64,000 nucleotides of DNA from Hydrolagus colliei (taxonomy: Eukaryota), in contig CM068757.1 of the NCBI GenBank assembly GCA_035084275.1, positions 3,658,001 to 3,722,000 of the forward strand, in the 5' to 3' direction. The notes under the pieces were generated by a model. The model had not been told where the DNA came from. It saw only the letters and a list, made by a program, of their open reading frames with translations, and ran no database searches. The stretch's first letter is position 1; the number at the start of each line of letters is the position of its first letter. This document shows positions 51,901 to 64,000 of this stretch, piece after piece. The position numbers and the translations under genes are program-made.

Positions 51901-54900
51901 TAAGTCAATTTTCCCAGCAACCTTAACCAGAGCTTGCAGAACTGGAATGGAATAATAAGGAAAATCTACTGCTATCTTTCCATATGGTCTTAGATCTTGC
52001 CAGCTTTCAGATTATTCAGATCAATATAGTGCCAAGGGGCCTCGAGTCAGATCAGTGATCCAACTGTAAAGACACAGAGACCGAACGATATCTCATTGCA
52101 GATCTCCTTCCCAAAAGACATCAAGCCCTCTCTTGAGACAGTTCAAGCTGTTCCAAGCCCCGATGCCCAGGCACTGGAGAAACATCTGGACAAACCCAAA
52201 TTAAATATTACTTTTTATAATGTTATCCTTCCTCCAGTGGTTTGGGTTACAGGGGGGAATTCAACAAGGGACAGTGCTAGGAAAATGTAGGCACTTGGTG
52301 AAGAAAATTACAATGCAATATCCATAATACATTTGCCAATACACTACATTTGTTAACAATCAAATGTTGGCATTGTGCATTGTTGCTTCCATTGATAATT
52401 TTTATGGGGACCAGTTATAAATAATTAAGCGTTGCATTTGACATTGTGCCTTTCACATTGGAACGCTGTTGCAAACTACCTCATAGGATTTTACGCAACT
52501 GTGTGGGAATATAGTAGCCAATAAACACATTTTCTTGTTATTTTTGTGACTCCAAACTGTTTTTCAAAATATTACTACGCCTAGTACTCAAGTCCATAGA
52601 ATCTCTATTAGCACCTGTAAGGAAACTGTAGAACTATTTACCAGAATAATCAAATTAATTTAAAAAAATCAGCTCAATGGTTGAAATTATGGATTAATAA
52701 AACATGTAGCATACCGGTACTTTAAATTTTCTTTCAGTGAGTGAATGAATGCATTTTATTGATGAAGCATATCTACCTGACTGACTTTATACATGATCAA
52801 ATATGTTGACTGAAACAAATCTCTTAAATTGGCTTAAATCTTTTTGGTTTACGGTCATTGCAATAGTTAACTTGCTAAATAAAATCTGCAATGTGCTGCA
52901 CTCTTATATCTAATGCATGAAAATTCCCAGAGTACCTAAAAACAGTATCTTCTAAAACATTAATTCAGTGCAGGCAGCTCATGTAAGCATTCTTGCGTAG
53001 AATTTGCGCAACACTTGATGAAAAGCTTCAACAATAATCAGTGCTTGTACTGCACCCCATCAAGGTAGTTTCAGTGCATTGAAATCACCAGAGAAAATAA
53101 TCTGGTCGTATACAAACAAAGTTATTTTTACAATGAATTAAGCACTGTAAAGGTGACCATTATCATTTTTTTCATTTAAAAAATACATTTAAAATTGTAT
53201 ACATTAGTCCTACACTGCTATTTGGTTTATTGCAGTACCAGCTTTTGAAGAAACCAGATCGCAATTCTGTGATATTGAGATGGCGTGAATGAGATTTATT
53301 TGAATAATTCTAATAGTAAAATGTATTAATACACACCTTATTTGCAATATAAATATTTTAGGTAGTTATTTGGTAAAAGCAGAATCTTACTGTAGCACCT
53401 GTGATGTCTGACCAAACATACTTGAGACATTGTACATTTGGGATACAGATGGGCTTTAAGTTTTTTTTAAAAAATCCTTTACTCTGCCATTCAGTTGTGA
53501 ACAACAACAACAGAATGACATTTATAGAGCGCCTTTCAAGTTAGAAGGTGTAACATTCTGGACTGTGAACTTTCCCATGATCAGTAAGGTTATTCAATGT
53601 TAGTTAACAGGAGTGGCACTTAGCTGATTGACAGCGTCTCATTGCGTTTTGCCCCTTTTTAACTGCAAGTCAAAGATGGCGAGCTCTGCTCTTGCAAAAT
53701 GTTCACCCGGGCCAGCAACACTTAAATATCACCTATAGAGGGCAGCTGAGTTCAAAAGTCAGTTAACGCTGCGATATGAACCTTCGAATGAGAATTTAAC
53801 ACTCCACTTTAGTACTGGGAAGAATTAGTGAGCCTGACAGTGTGCAGTCAGTAGAAATACAGTTATTAACACAGCATGCTTCAGCTTCAACTGTGTACAT
53901 TGATTCAGCTCCTTCACACTGACGTGTTCAACAACTCCCCAGAGCCTATGATGTCATTAGCTGTCATTGGTTAAACCAAATATTATATAATACACCACAA
54001 AATAGGGTAATGGTAAATGCCTCTTTATAATCATTTGGATCCATCTTTAGCTCCCTATAATCCTCTGCCACTTATTAACCTTAAAAACCTTAAGCATCAT
54101 GAGCAGCAGAAGTTAAAGCTAAGTGAAAATACATTGCAGCTCTACTTTAAGTTGTCAAAATTCCATGGATCATTTTATTGAATAGAATGACTATGAATTA
54201 TTTGGTGCTGGAGTCATCCCAGGTGGTTCAGTCACTTGTGCAGTGGGAATTTATGGAATACACAGTTTAAAATTTGCTGAACATTCAATCAGCCTTTTAC
54301 CTGATAATTCAAAATACATTCTTGGTGGGTGGGGGGGGGGAAGAGAAAGGAGGTCTCCAAAATCTTTGTTTGCCAACTTACATCTGGAGACATTGAGGTC
54401 TGGAAGGATGTGAAATCAAGCAAAGCATCTCTTTGATCTGTCGGTACTTCTAGGTGCACCTAAATTCAATGCATCTGTTGCAAGTCCGAAGGATGTAAAT
54501 TAGACAAAGGTAATGAATGTTGCCTGAAAGGAGTTTAATCTATACTGGTCACATGTAGGATTTAGAATAATCTTTAGTAAAGCAATCCTGTCCAGCATAT
54601 CTGGTGTCAGTTTATTCACTTCATATAACATTGTGAAGCCTCCATATCACCTGAAGTCAAGCTCCATCAGGGAATCAACACTGAATTCTTATCCTGGAAT
54701 GATACATTGTCATGCTTTTAGTAAATCCGATCAATGATACCAAGTCAGCTCCATGGAAAGAAGTGTTCTGAGCCAGCTGGGAGGATCAACGTCAAAAAGT
54801 CACTTAAAAAACTATATGCTCTTTGTTCATTATGAATGGGTACAGAATGCTGTGAGCAGCACTCCAGTTACATTACCGGAGTGGCACTTCACAAAATGAC

Positions 54901-57900
54901 TAAAGAAAGAACTCAGCATACAATGTCTCTTCTCACGCGGTTTCTAACCAGCTACTTTAAACTAAAAAAACACAGGAACAAGTAAGGAATGAGACATGCC
55001 AGGCATTTTCCTATTAAATACAAGTATAATGCTGCAATTCCTTTTTACAAAGGCTGTCAGACTTCTGAGGAACTTTTGAATGTAGTCCAGCTGGTTAAAT
55101 ACTTAGTGGGTAGAATGCTTAAAAAGGAAGATCTATCTATTTTACCACATTCAAAAACACATTGCTGATTAATCCTTATTTTGTCTCACTTTAAGTTATT
55201 TGTGGTTTCTACAAACAGCATTATTTTGATCTACAATCAATGTACTGGTGTGAAGTATTTCTAAATTCATCTCAATAACATTTTCATGCTACTTTAATTT
55301 AAATGCTTAATTGAATTCACTTGCAAACAAAACCAAAATAAATCAACTGTTAATGTTCTTTAAAAGGACTCATCAAATCTACCTATATTATTTTTATAAC
55401 ATTTAAATGGGCTCATATATTTCCAGTTAAAGTTGTTTCACTGATAGCAAAGCCAAGTTATTATCATTAATACTTAAGTAATAATCCCCTATAGTGGCTG
55501 TGTAGGTTGTTCAATGTACCCACTGAGAGACAGTTAGCTGGGGTGTGTGGGTGGGGTTGGACTGCATAATTGCTCCCACTTTCCATCCCTCAAATTGATC
55601 ACATTCCCAACATACCACCCAATTAGAGTCTGGTATCAGAATAGTGTTTGACCATTGCTTCCTCAGTCAAACAATGCCAATGTTCATCATCTACATTCAC
55701 ACGTGCAGAAAGGCCACTTGGATAAATACCTCAGGATGACTAAGAGACGTTGTAAGTGAGAAAAATAACAAGATAACTGGCGAACAAGTGGAGCAACAAA
55801 AGTTTCAGCAAAGAGTGACAAACTTTAGTTCCTGTGGATATAAATAGCAGTGTTCTGTGCTGTCGCTAAGTGGCATTGGTTGATGACTCATAGAACTACC
55901 AAGAGGTTTGACTGAGCCGTTCTAATCAGTTCTTTTAGTTTTGTAAATAAAATCTTTGCACATATGGCTTACATACAAATATTTACAGAATCACTTGGAG
56001 TCTGATGTGCTTTTCTATATGTTATTTGAATAGGTACTGCTCATTTTAACATAAAACCAGTTTGGATTTTCAACCCTTCTGAATTTTGATTGGCGATGGT
56101 TAGTTAACATGACAGGCAGGATTGTCTTTTCCTACACTACTAACGAGAGAATTCAAGAATACCATTTTGTTGTCCAGTGTATCTCCGTTAGTGACAGTGA
56201 GTGGGTGCCAATGCACCGTTGCTATTAATTTGATATGACAAATAGGAATGTCATCACTATGTTTTTCCCCTAGTGATGCTGATACGCTTCCTTCTAGAGA
56301 TTGGATGAATGGAAGCACTGCAGTTGCAATACCCTAAACTGCAACCAAATATGAAGATATAACAAACTGTTACCTCCATGTTGTATGCAGCAATAACCTC
56401 TTAAAGAAAATTCTGTACTCTTCACACCTGACCTTGGAAAAGGGAGAGAATAGAAATTGGCACTTTATAACTAGTGACGTTTGTTGTGTTTCTCTTTCTT
56501 TCCTCTTTCAAGGAACTCAGAGAGGTAAGAAGGTAAACCTTTTCATTGCCATCCATCCATGTTGATACTTCCGCCTAAGTTGTTTCCTAAATGTTGTTGT
56601 TGTTGTAAAGGTAGATAGAATTGATCTTAGAAGCTTGGCATTGCTAATTGACCATATCCACAATTAGTTAGAGATTCTCTTTGCTGCTTATCAAAAAAAC
56701 ATCTAATCTTATGCACCCACACTAGTGATCCCCATTTAAGTCAATTTTAACATACTTGCCTGGAGATCTACTAACAAGCAGTCCAAAGGTCCTTCCTGTT
56801 ATCACTTAGCTTCACCAGAAACACAACATTACATGCTGCTGAGCAATGAAACTTTATCTTTCAATGACCAAAGCTTAGAAGCACCACAATGACAGCGCAC
56901 CTTGATAAATAAGGCTGAAAAACCAAAAATTAAAACGCATTCTTCAATTTTCAGATGAAGTGTTAAGGTAAGCCCCATAAACACATTATCTTTTGGCTCT
57001 CTTCTATAAGAATTGTTGTTAGTGCAGTAACTTTTGTAAAAATAAAATGTTGAAAACTACTTTGCTTCCTCAGAAATAATATTACACTCTTTGGTAAACA
57101 TTTCTTTATCAATTGCCTCCCAGATATAACATTTATTTTCATTGCATTGCAGCCCCCTAATTTGCAGGAAATAGCTTGTAAATTGTAAGTAGTTTGTAAA
57201 TAGCTTGTGGTTATTCACATATTTAGGGGACTCTGCTTAGCCATTTCAAATTTAAAAATGTAATTAAACAGAATCTTCATTCATAGATTTGCAAACTGTT
57301 GAATGGAAAATATCATGCAATAGTTATTTCATTTTGGGAATTAATTTAAGAAAACTCAAGATAAAATACTACTTTCGAATAGTTGTGGGGGCACGAATAT
57401 GTTTCAATATGTGATTTTATAAAAGGGACTAAACTGATTCGGAGAAATAAAATATTCTGTGGGATGAGACATAATTATTGGACCATATTCATCTACATCA
57501 ACTGTACCTGTCCCCTGACAAACACCTCCACTGTGATGCAAAACCAAATAAGAAAGTACGCACTCTATGGTGATCGGAACTCAAGGGGTTTGAAAATGGC
57601 AGAAAAAGGAAGCAAGCTGTCAGACACTGTGGCAATTAAGGCCATGACTCATATTTGTTCCCCCCCAGCACAAGTTTAATCCTCTCTTTTTAAAAAAAAA
57701 TAGCGATTTACTGAGGTGACATAATTATCCACCCTGTGATAATTGCATCATGACTCTTTTTCCCATCCAGAACCTAGAACTCATTAAAAATTAAACATAT
57801 GATTAGTGTAGTTAATAAGAATGTGTAAGCAAAAATAACCTATTGAATTAAATTTGTGAATATGAATATTTTCTATTCAGATACATTAAACATAAAAAAC

Positions 57901-58612
57901 TGAACATCAGTAGCATTTAATTATGTTCTGATCGTTAATCCTTTACCAATACAAGGATTTCCACCTAATGTTGGAGCCAACTCCTTTGCACAGCAGAGTT
58001 TGCTATTGTTGTTTTGCAAATTAATCCATCAAATTGTTCATCTGTAGAGCAAAGGCTAAACAATCTTACAGAGCTGATGAAATAGCATCTAAGAACAAAT
58101 AAAAACTATCTTCAAATACGACTTTGAATCACCAGAACCGAGTGCCACACACCAGTGTTTGTGTTTGGATAATCAAAAGCATTCTTTACATTTACCACAC
58201 AGTAGGAGAGATCTGGAGATTGGAACAGTAAGTATCAAGCTTTAGCTTCATTACATAAATTGAATTAGACTCCATCTTTAGAAAAAGATACTAGGGAATC
58301 TCTACTAGTTCACAAGCTATTCAGTCCATTTATATTCAATTTGATTGCTATAAATCATCTCCAAAGCAGAGATATTCATAATCAAGAAGAGCATATCAAA
58401 TACTATATCTGGTACATCCTGCAGGTTAACTTCAAAATGTCAATTTCATTTGTTGACTTCTGTTCCCATTATTACTAGAATAAAACTCTTTACATCAGAA
58501 GCATAATTACGCAGGATTAGTACCTGCATGATGTACAGTACAAATGGATCCCACTGGGACTTTTAAGATTAGTATTTTTTTCCCAGAGACTGGCTAGAAT
58601 TAATGAGGATAC

Positions 58613-58791
58613 CTGCAACTATACTGGCGAGCTGCTGAGTGCGAATGATGGGATAGATGCTGCGTGCCTGGGTGACTGCTGCAGCTATTTTCTTTGCATG
58701 TCTTTCCTCTCCATAGGCTTTTAAGATGGACGCAAGTGACTGTTGATCTAAGGCATTCACTACGTCAGCTGCGGTGGGCATGTAGGGGTAC
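58613..58791 (-). CDS. METTL15: METTL15 penultimate coding exon (179 bp)
   Basis: Translates YPYMPTAADVVNALDQQSLASILKAYGEERHAKKIAAAVTQARSIYPIIRTQQLASIVA. Acceptor gcgtAG ends at 58792; donor GTATCC starts at 58612. AG+G across the junction gives an in-frame Arg codon with the previous exon. Confidence 0.97.
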
Positions 58792-60386
58792 CTACGCACA
58801 AAAAGAGCCAATTAATTTCTTTGACGTCATTTTCATTGACAGAGGTGAAGCTTCACAGCCCAGAGACACAGAGCTGAAACGCACATAGCATACAAGTATG
58901 TTTGAGATTCTTTTTGGCAACAGATGGTAAAAAAAACATGAAACAAGACAAGATATTTCACAGAGGATTCTTTGGATGTGAACCTAATTAAGCCTATTTC
59001 TATTGAAATCTCCAAACACTAATTGGAATTCTAAATTTTATCGGTTACCAAATAGTGCTAAAAATTAATATGGCTAGAAAGGTTATAATTAATAGTTCCT
59101 TTACACAATCTACGCTGCACTTTATACAGAATCAATAAGCCCCAATTGAAAAGTCTCAGAAGATTGATGCAGAGCTTGCATGCACTGCAGGTCTGTATTG
59201 GCTGAAAACGTAGTTTAGCTTATAGTTAAGCAAAGCATATGGATTGGAATCTAGATGCAACTGTTTCCAGACTAAATCAATTGGATATAAAAAGAAAACA
59301 CATTGAATTTTTACATCTTTTGCAGGGAAATTTTATTTATCATTATGCTATACCGAAGCATCTGGTATTTATGTACAATATTGAAACATACCAGCCATGA
59401 GAGAGAAGCCTGGGATTGTCCACCATTTAAACAATTTGAATTACATTCTTAAATTGACATTTGGGTTTGATCAAAATGTTGATATTTTTAACCCAAACCA
59501 TGTTTATAACCAAGTTAGCCAGTGGTGATTTTAACACTGCAGCTCTGCAAATGTCCAGTGCAGACTTTTGTCCCACAAGTACCCAACAAGTATGTAATGC
59601 CTGTGATTGTAATCATTGGTTTTGCCAGCTTCAATGTTCAGAGTGGCTCAGTAATACTGCATTGTGCCTTTCAACTTCAATGCCAGTACTGCAAAGGCTG
59701 GACTTTTCAGAAGAGGGCTGAAATAACAAGATCAAGAATGGAAATTGGAAACTGAATGCAAATTTTGTACTAAGTTGGAGAAAAAGAATCATAGAAAAAT
59801 AAGTCAAGTCAAGTGATACCAAGTCTTTTTAAGATTAAGTGAAGAAACAGAATTGAGTTGGGAGAAATAAAGGTACATCTCTCACAAAGTTGGTTGACTG
59901 CATTTGGAATAACTTGAGGGATGCTCCATCTTAGGTGCATTTGGAGGCACACAGTCTACAATGGCCTTTATGTCAATAGCAACAAAGTTTAGTCTCCCTC
60001 CAAATATAGCTCAGACTGGGGGAAACTGTGAGAAGTGCAAAATCTGGGCATTCCCGATAAATCAAACTTCAAAAAGGAAAACTGAGCAGCTATAACTCCA
60101 CTGTTTGGCAACAGTGGCCAAGTATAAGCTTGTTGTAACTTGCAGCTAAAATACCTTTGCTATAGAATTTATTTAATTAGGAAAACAGGATTACATAATA
60201 TTTATCCTGGACCAGAAAAAAAGCTAAATTTTAAGATCTTAATTGTGTTTGCCTTAATGTGGCAGATTTTCCATAGCAAGAAACCTTTATCACTGTACAC
60301 AGAACAGGAATTAAATGGAGTATTCAGTCCTCATGATATGAAAGAAGGATCGTTGTCATAAGGATAATGATAGTTTCTGTACCAAC

Positions 60387-60578
60387 CTGTCCTTATCCAT
60401 TCTCATGTCCAGAGGGCCATCTTTGCTTAATGCAAAACCACGCCATGGCATGTCCAACTGCATAGAAGAACAGCCTGCATCTATGACAATTCCATCCAGA
60501 GTATCTGGCACGACTCCAGCTTCCATTAGCAAGGCCTCCAGTTGGCTAAACCTTCCTAGCAGGGGTTGAATATGGCCT
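60387..60578 (-). CDS. METTL15: METTL15 internal coding exon (192 bp), third from last
   Basis: Translates [64 protein letters not shown], matching the RsmH/METTL15 D-x-G-x-SS-MQLD and GPLDMRMD motifs. Acceptor ttccAG ends at 60579; donor GTTGGT starts at 60386; phase 2 at both ends. Confidence 0.96.
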
Positions 60579-60679
60579 CTGGAACACAAAAATTATATTT
60601 TACAAGCAAGTTGCTACATTCTGTTGTAAATCACTGAATATGAATCCCTCCGTGCCTTTTTTTGTTTACAAACACAACT

Positions 60680-60732
60680 CTGGGACACTACTCTGCATGA
60701 GAGGCACTATATAAATGCAAGTTGTTGTTGTT
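60680..60732 (+). mobile_element. L2-type 3' tail fragment
   Basis: tgggacactactctgcatgagaggcactatataaatgcaagttgttgttgtt. Confidence 0.7.
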
Positions 60733-62620
60733 CTCATACCTTTCTCTAAATTGTTTTAAGTTTAAAGCATTTTCACTTATCCCACAATCTATTTAAATAG
60801 GTTTAAAGTACAGCTAAAAGGTGATTTTTGGCTGAAAACAAGCAAAAAAAAGGCTAGTTTATTCCAGCAAACTAAGGTCAAGAACTGTTTTCAGCTTTCA
60901 AAATATGCCCCTTCTGCTCTTTAAACTTCAAGTAAAGATCTTCAGTAGCTTTCCAATATTTACCATCATAAAAAAGCACAGCAATGGGCAGTACATTAAA
61001 CTAAGTACTTGAAATACAAATGTGTGCAGCATCAACACATATGCCACTGGAGACCAAACGAAACCCAAAGCATACTGAAATATTTCCAAATCTTGAAACT
61101 ATACCACCACCCGTATCATATAAGCATCAAGCTAACAGATGTTTGTACATGTTTGTCCCAAATATCACAAGGGTGGAACACAGAACTATATACCCATTGC
61201 AAAAATGAACTCTTTCGAGTTTTCATTGAAGGTATAATTTGGCTTATTTATACAAGCACTTTTAGTTAGGCAGAGTAGCAGAAAATCCTCAGTACTTCAA
61301 TTTATATCTTAAAGCTGTTATTAAATGAAAGAATCTTCCCATTTTTTGTAATTCACAGTACTTCTTCCTTCATTTTAAATGTCGATAAACTGAAATCTGT
61401 ATCCAGGCAAGTGGCCAGGGAAGTGACTTGCTCCTGGACTTCTGCCAATTCCTCTCTTCAGCCATCTGTTTGAAGTGTGCAAGAATTGCCCGGAGTAACC
61501 TACCCTTTAACTTTCTCTCGCTGTGGGAAAGCACCTGGCACATTCCCTGATCATTGTGGAGCAGAATTCGCAGAGTGTTAAGATTGCTCATCTACTTTAG
61601 AGAACATAAGTTTGGATAGACCACTGTGAAATTTTGATAAGGTACTGCTGCAATAATCAGTTCAGCGCGCTGGAACCACAGGTTCCAATATTTGGTGTAC
61701 GTTTGGTTGAGGAGCTACTAGGGTGAAGATACGTCAGTGGGATTATGGCATCTATCACTTCAGGTACACTGGTCTACAAAGCACTTTCACTATGAACCTG
61801 TGGTAAACCAAAGCTCAGTATACCAACGTCTGACTATGTTTTGATTAAGCATCGAGATTTTCTTTAACCCTTCATTTCTCACAAATAGGTTTTTAATGTT
61901 TTATTTTCCATTCCATTAAAGTAATGAGTTCTAGTCATACATTTACTTATTATTTAAATAAATAGTCCATAGATTTAATCACTCAAATGCTGATAAATGA
62001 TACTGGATGAAAATAACCAAAGAAATGACAGGCTCAGATTTTATCTGACCAACCTCAGACTCTTTTTTGAGGAAGTGAGATCCCAATCACTGCAAGAAAC
62101 TAAATGACATATGATTATCTGGCCATTTGCGGCTCCTGAACACACATATAATGAAGTATGCAGCCATACATCATTCTGTATTTTTCCAAGGTATCCAACA
62201 AATGTGTGTATATCTGGAATAAATACACCTGGAGTCAATTATATATGATAATAATCCTTGTACAGTATTTGATATAGCTCCTTATCACATCTTTAAGGGG
62301 ATTCAAAAAGCTTCACAGGATATACTGTGTAATATAGGCAAACATTTAGAAAAGTGTTATTTGCACTAATATACTCAATTTTAGTCGGCCTTTTTCCTTT
62401 CCAAGTGTCACTCGTAATTTGATGTATGCCACATATTTCCAGCAAAAAATCAAAGGAGCATTTTCAAAAATATCAGTTAAGGTCTCCAAGAACGGGCTTT
62501 TTAAAAAATATATATATAAAGTACTGATCATCATTTATTGATGCCTATTGATAGTCATAAGTCACATCAGTTCCAGTGATGTCATTAATTCCCAGATTCA
62601 AAGAAATACTTTGAATTTAC

Positions 62621-62720
62621 CAACAACAACAATTTACATTTATAGAGCGCCTTTCACGTCGGGAGGACGTCCCAAGGCGCTGAACAGGAGGTGTGTGACC
62701 CGAGCTGGGAGGGGAGTGTC
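62621..62720 (-). mobile_element. L2 LINE 3' tail, young
   Basis: (CAA)n tttacatttatagagcgcctttcacgtcgggaggacgtcccaaggcgctgaacag, closely matching 26878-26950. Confidence 0.88.
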
Positions 62721-63159
62721 CAAGTAATGTGGAAACTAAAATGGTGTGTTTATCAGCAATCCACAAATCTTCTTCTCTTCCTTTTGATTTCTTTCAAACC
62801 TTCTCTGGAGGATACCAAACCGATTAACCTGCATTCAAAACCACAGAAGTCCCATCTCATACACACACCAGTCAAGGTATTTTTTTACAAAGTAAAAACA
62901 AATTCCCACCTTTCGTGATCACACCTATCTGCATGAAGTGATAAAGAAGTGTACTTACTGTACTTTACATAAACTCAGTGGTGTAAATAACTCAATTATA
63001 AATATGTCTGTATACCACAAAAGGAACATAACATTACTGAATCATTAACGTATAACCCAATTTTGCTTGATTTAAAAAGGAGACAGTTTAAAAAGTCACT
63101 GAGCTGCTTGTCTATGGTTCACCATTGCATTAATAAAGGGAAGTTTCAACATATCTACC

Positions 63160-63392
63160 ATAATAATACTTGCATTTGATAAAGTGCTTTTCACGTCTTG
63201 AAGATGTCTCCAAGGGCTTCACAGAATATACTGTAAAGTGAATTGAATGTACAGTATATACTTGTGCAAAACACGATAACCAATTGTGCACTGCTGTGAC
63301 CCACAAACAATCGTGGATTGAAATGACCAATTTATTATTTCTTTTGGAGGATTATTATTAGGTGTTTGGAGTATGGAAACTTGCCCAAGGTT
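63160..63392 (-). mobile_element. SINE short form lacking the tRNA head
   Basis: Tail and body extend to aaccttgggcaagtttcc. Confidence 0.9.
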
Positions 63393-63406
63393 ACTATTGA
63401 AACTTA

Positions 63407-63520
63407 CTATAGAAATATACAGCACAGAAGGTAGCCTTTTGGCCCATCGTATCTGTGCCAGCTCCTTCAAGACATTCCATATCATAACTACTGTGTGCTG
63501 GAAAAAACAAGTTCTCCTAA
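63407..63520 (-). mobile_element. CR1 LINE 3' end fragment
   Basis: Translates RRTCFFQHTVVMIWNVL (cf. RRNFFxQRVVxxWNxL), followed by gatgggccaaaaggctaccttctgtgctgtatatttcta. Confidence 0.8.
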
Positions 63521-64000
63521 AAGCAACCACAAAATATTTTGGAAAAAATCATTAATAGATTTTGTCACCCGCTGATAATGCCAGGAGACTGCTTACCACT
63601 GTTTGAAATGCATGGGAAAATAGCAATCTCACCGTAGGAGGGGCTTTTAATTGGGAGTAAAATTCTTCTATACTAATAAAATAACAATGTGTGTGTGTCA
63701 TAACAGGATGTTATAAACAGGGGCCGATTTTTAACGTGTGGGTGACATGCGCCAGGATCTCAATAACTGATTGACGTAGAGACATGGTTTAATACCTCAT
63801 CAGATCAAGGGCAATGTTTCAGGAATTTCCTACCGTTGATGAACTATGACCCAAACAAGCTCATGACAAATGTATGGCAGCTTTGAGCTGCAGTTACGCA
63901 CAATGCACGCACTGGCAGCACACACTGTAGTTACACCTGGTGGCCGCACAAGCTGTTGCATTGTGTGTCACAGAGCACGTACGTATGCATACAGCACGCA

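Noticed and set aside
55480-55760. Possible ancient SINE-like remnant (similar impressions at 24470-24730 and 51500-51680)
   Set aside because: Too diverged to assign to any family by eye.
63790-63828. CTGATGA followed by a short ggt/acc stem on the minus strand (possible second hammerhead)
   Set aside because: The required GAAA core after stem II is absent.
60579-64000. Search for the preceding METTL15 exon (DMTFGxGGH motif)
   Set aside because: No matching peptide is seen, so the exon presumably lies beyond the window end.

Overview
AT-rich, repeat-dense vertebrate genomic DNA. The repeat repertoire (tRNA/Deu SINEs with L2-type tails, SacSINE1-like SINEs, shark-type CR1 3' ends, a shark-type Penelope element) points to a cartilaginous fish, possibly a chimaera; this is an inference. 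The only protein-coding gene I can support is the 3' part of METTL15 (mitochondrial 12S rRNA m4C methyltransferase, RsmH family) on the minus strand: three GT-AG coding exons at 60578-60387, 58791-58613 and 48167-47728. Its upstream exons lie beyond the window. Positions 1-47.7 kb are gene-free, consistent with the gene desert downstream of METTL15 in other vertebrates. That region holds many SINE, L2 and CR1 fragments, two MITEs (a TA-flanked Tigger/pogo type and a TTAA-flanked Kolobok type with ~95-bp TIRs), a decayed Penelope element with a degenerate hammerhead-ribozyme motif, and several repeat-free blocks that look like candidate conserved enhancers. I found no convincing new protein-coding system. 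The best leads are in mobile-element architecture and non-coding structure. Repeat family names come from my recollection of consensus sequences, not from a database search, and repeat boundaries are approximate.
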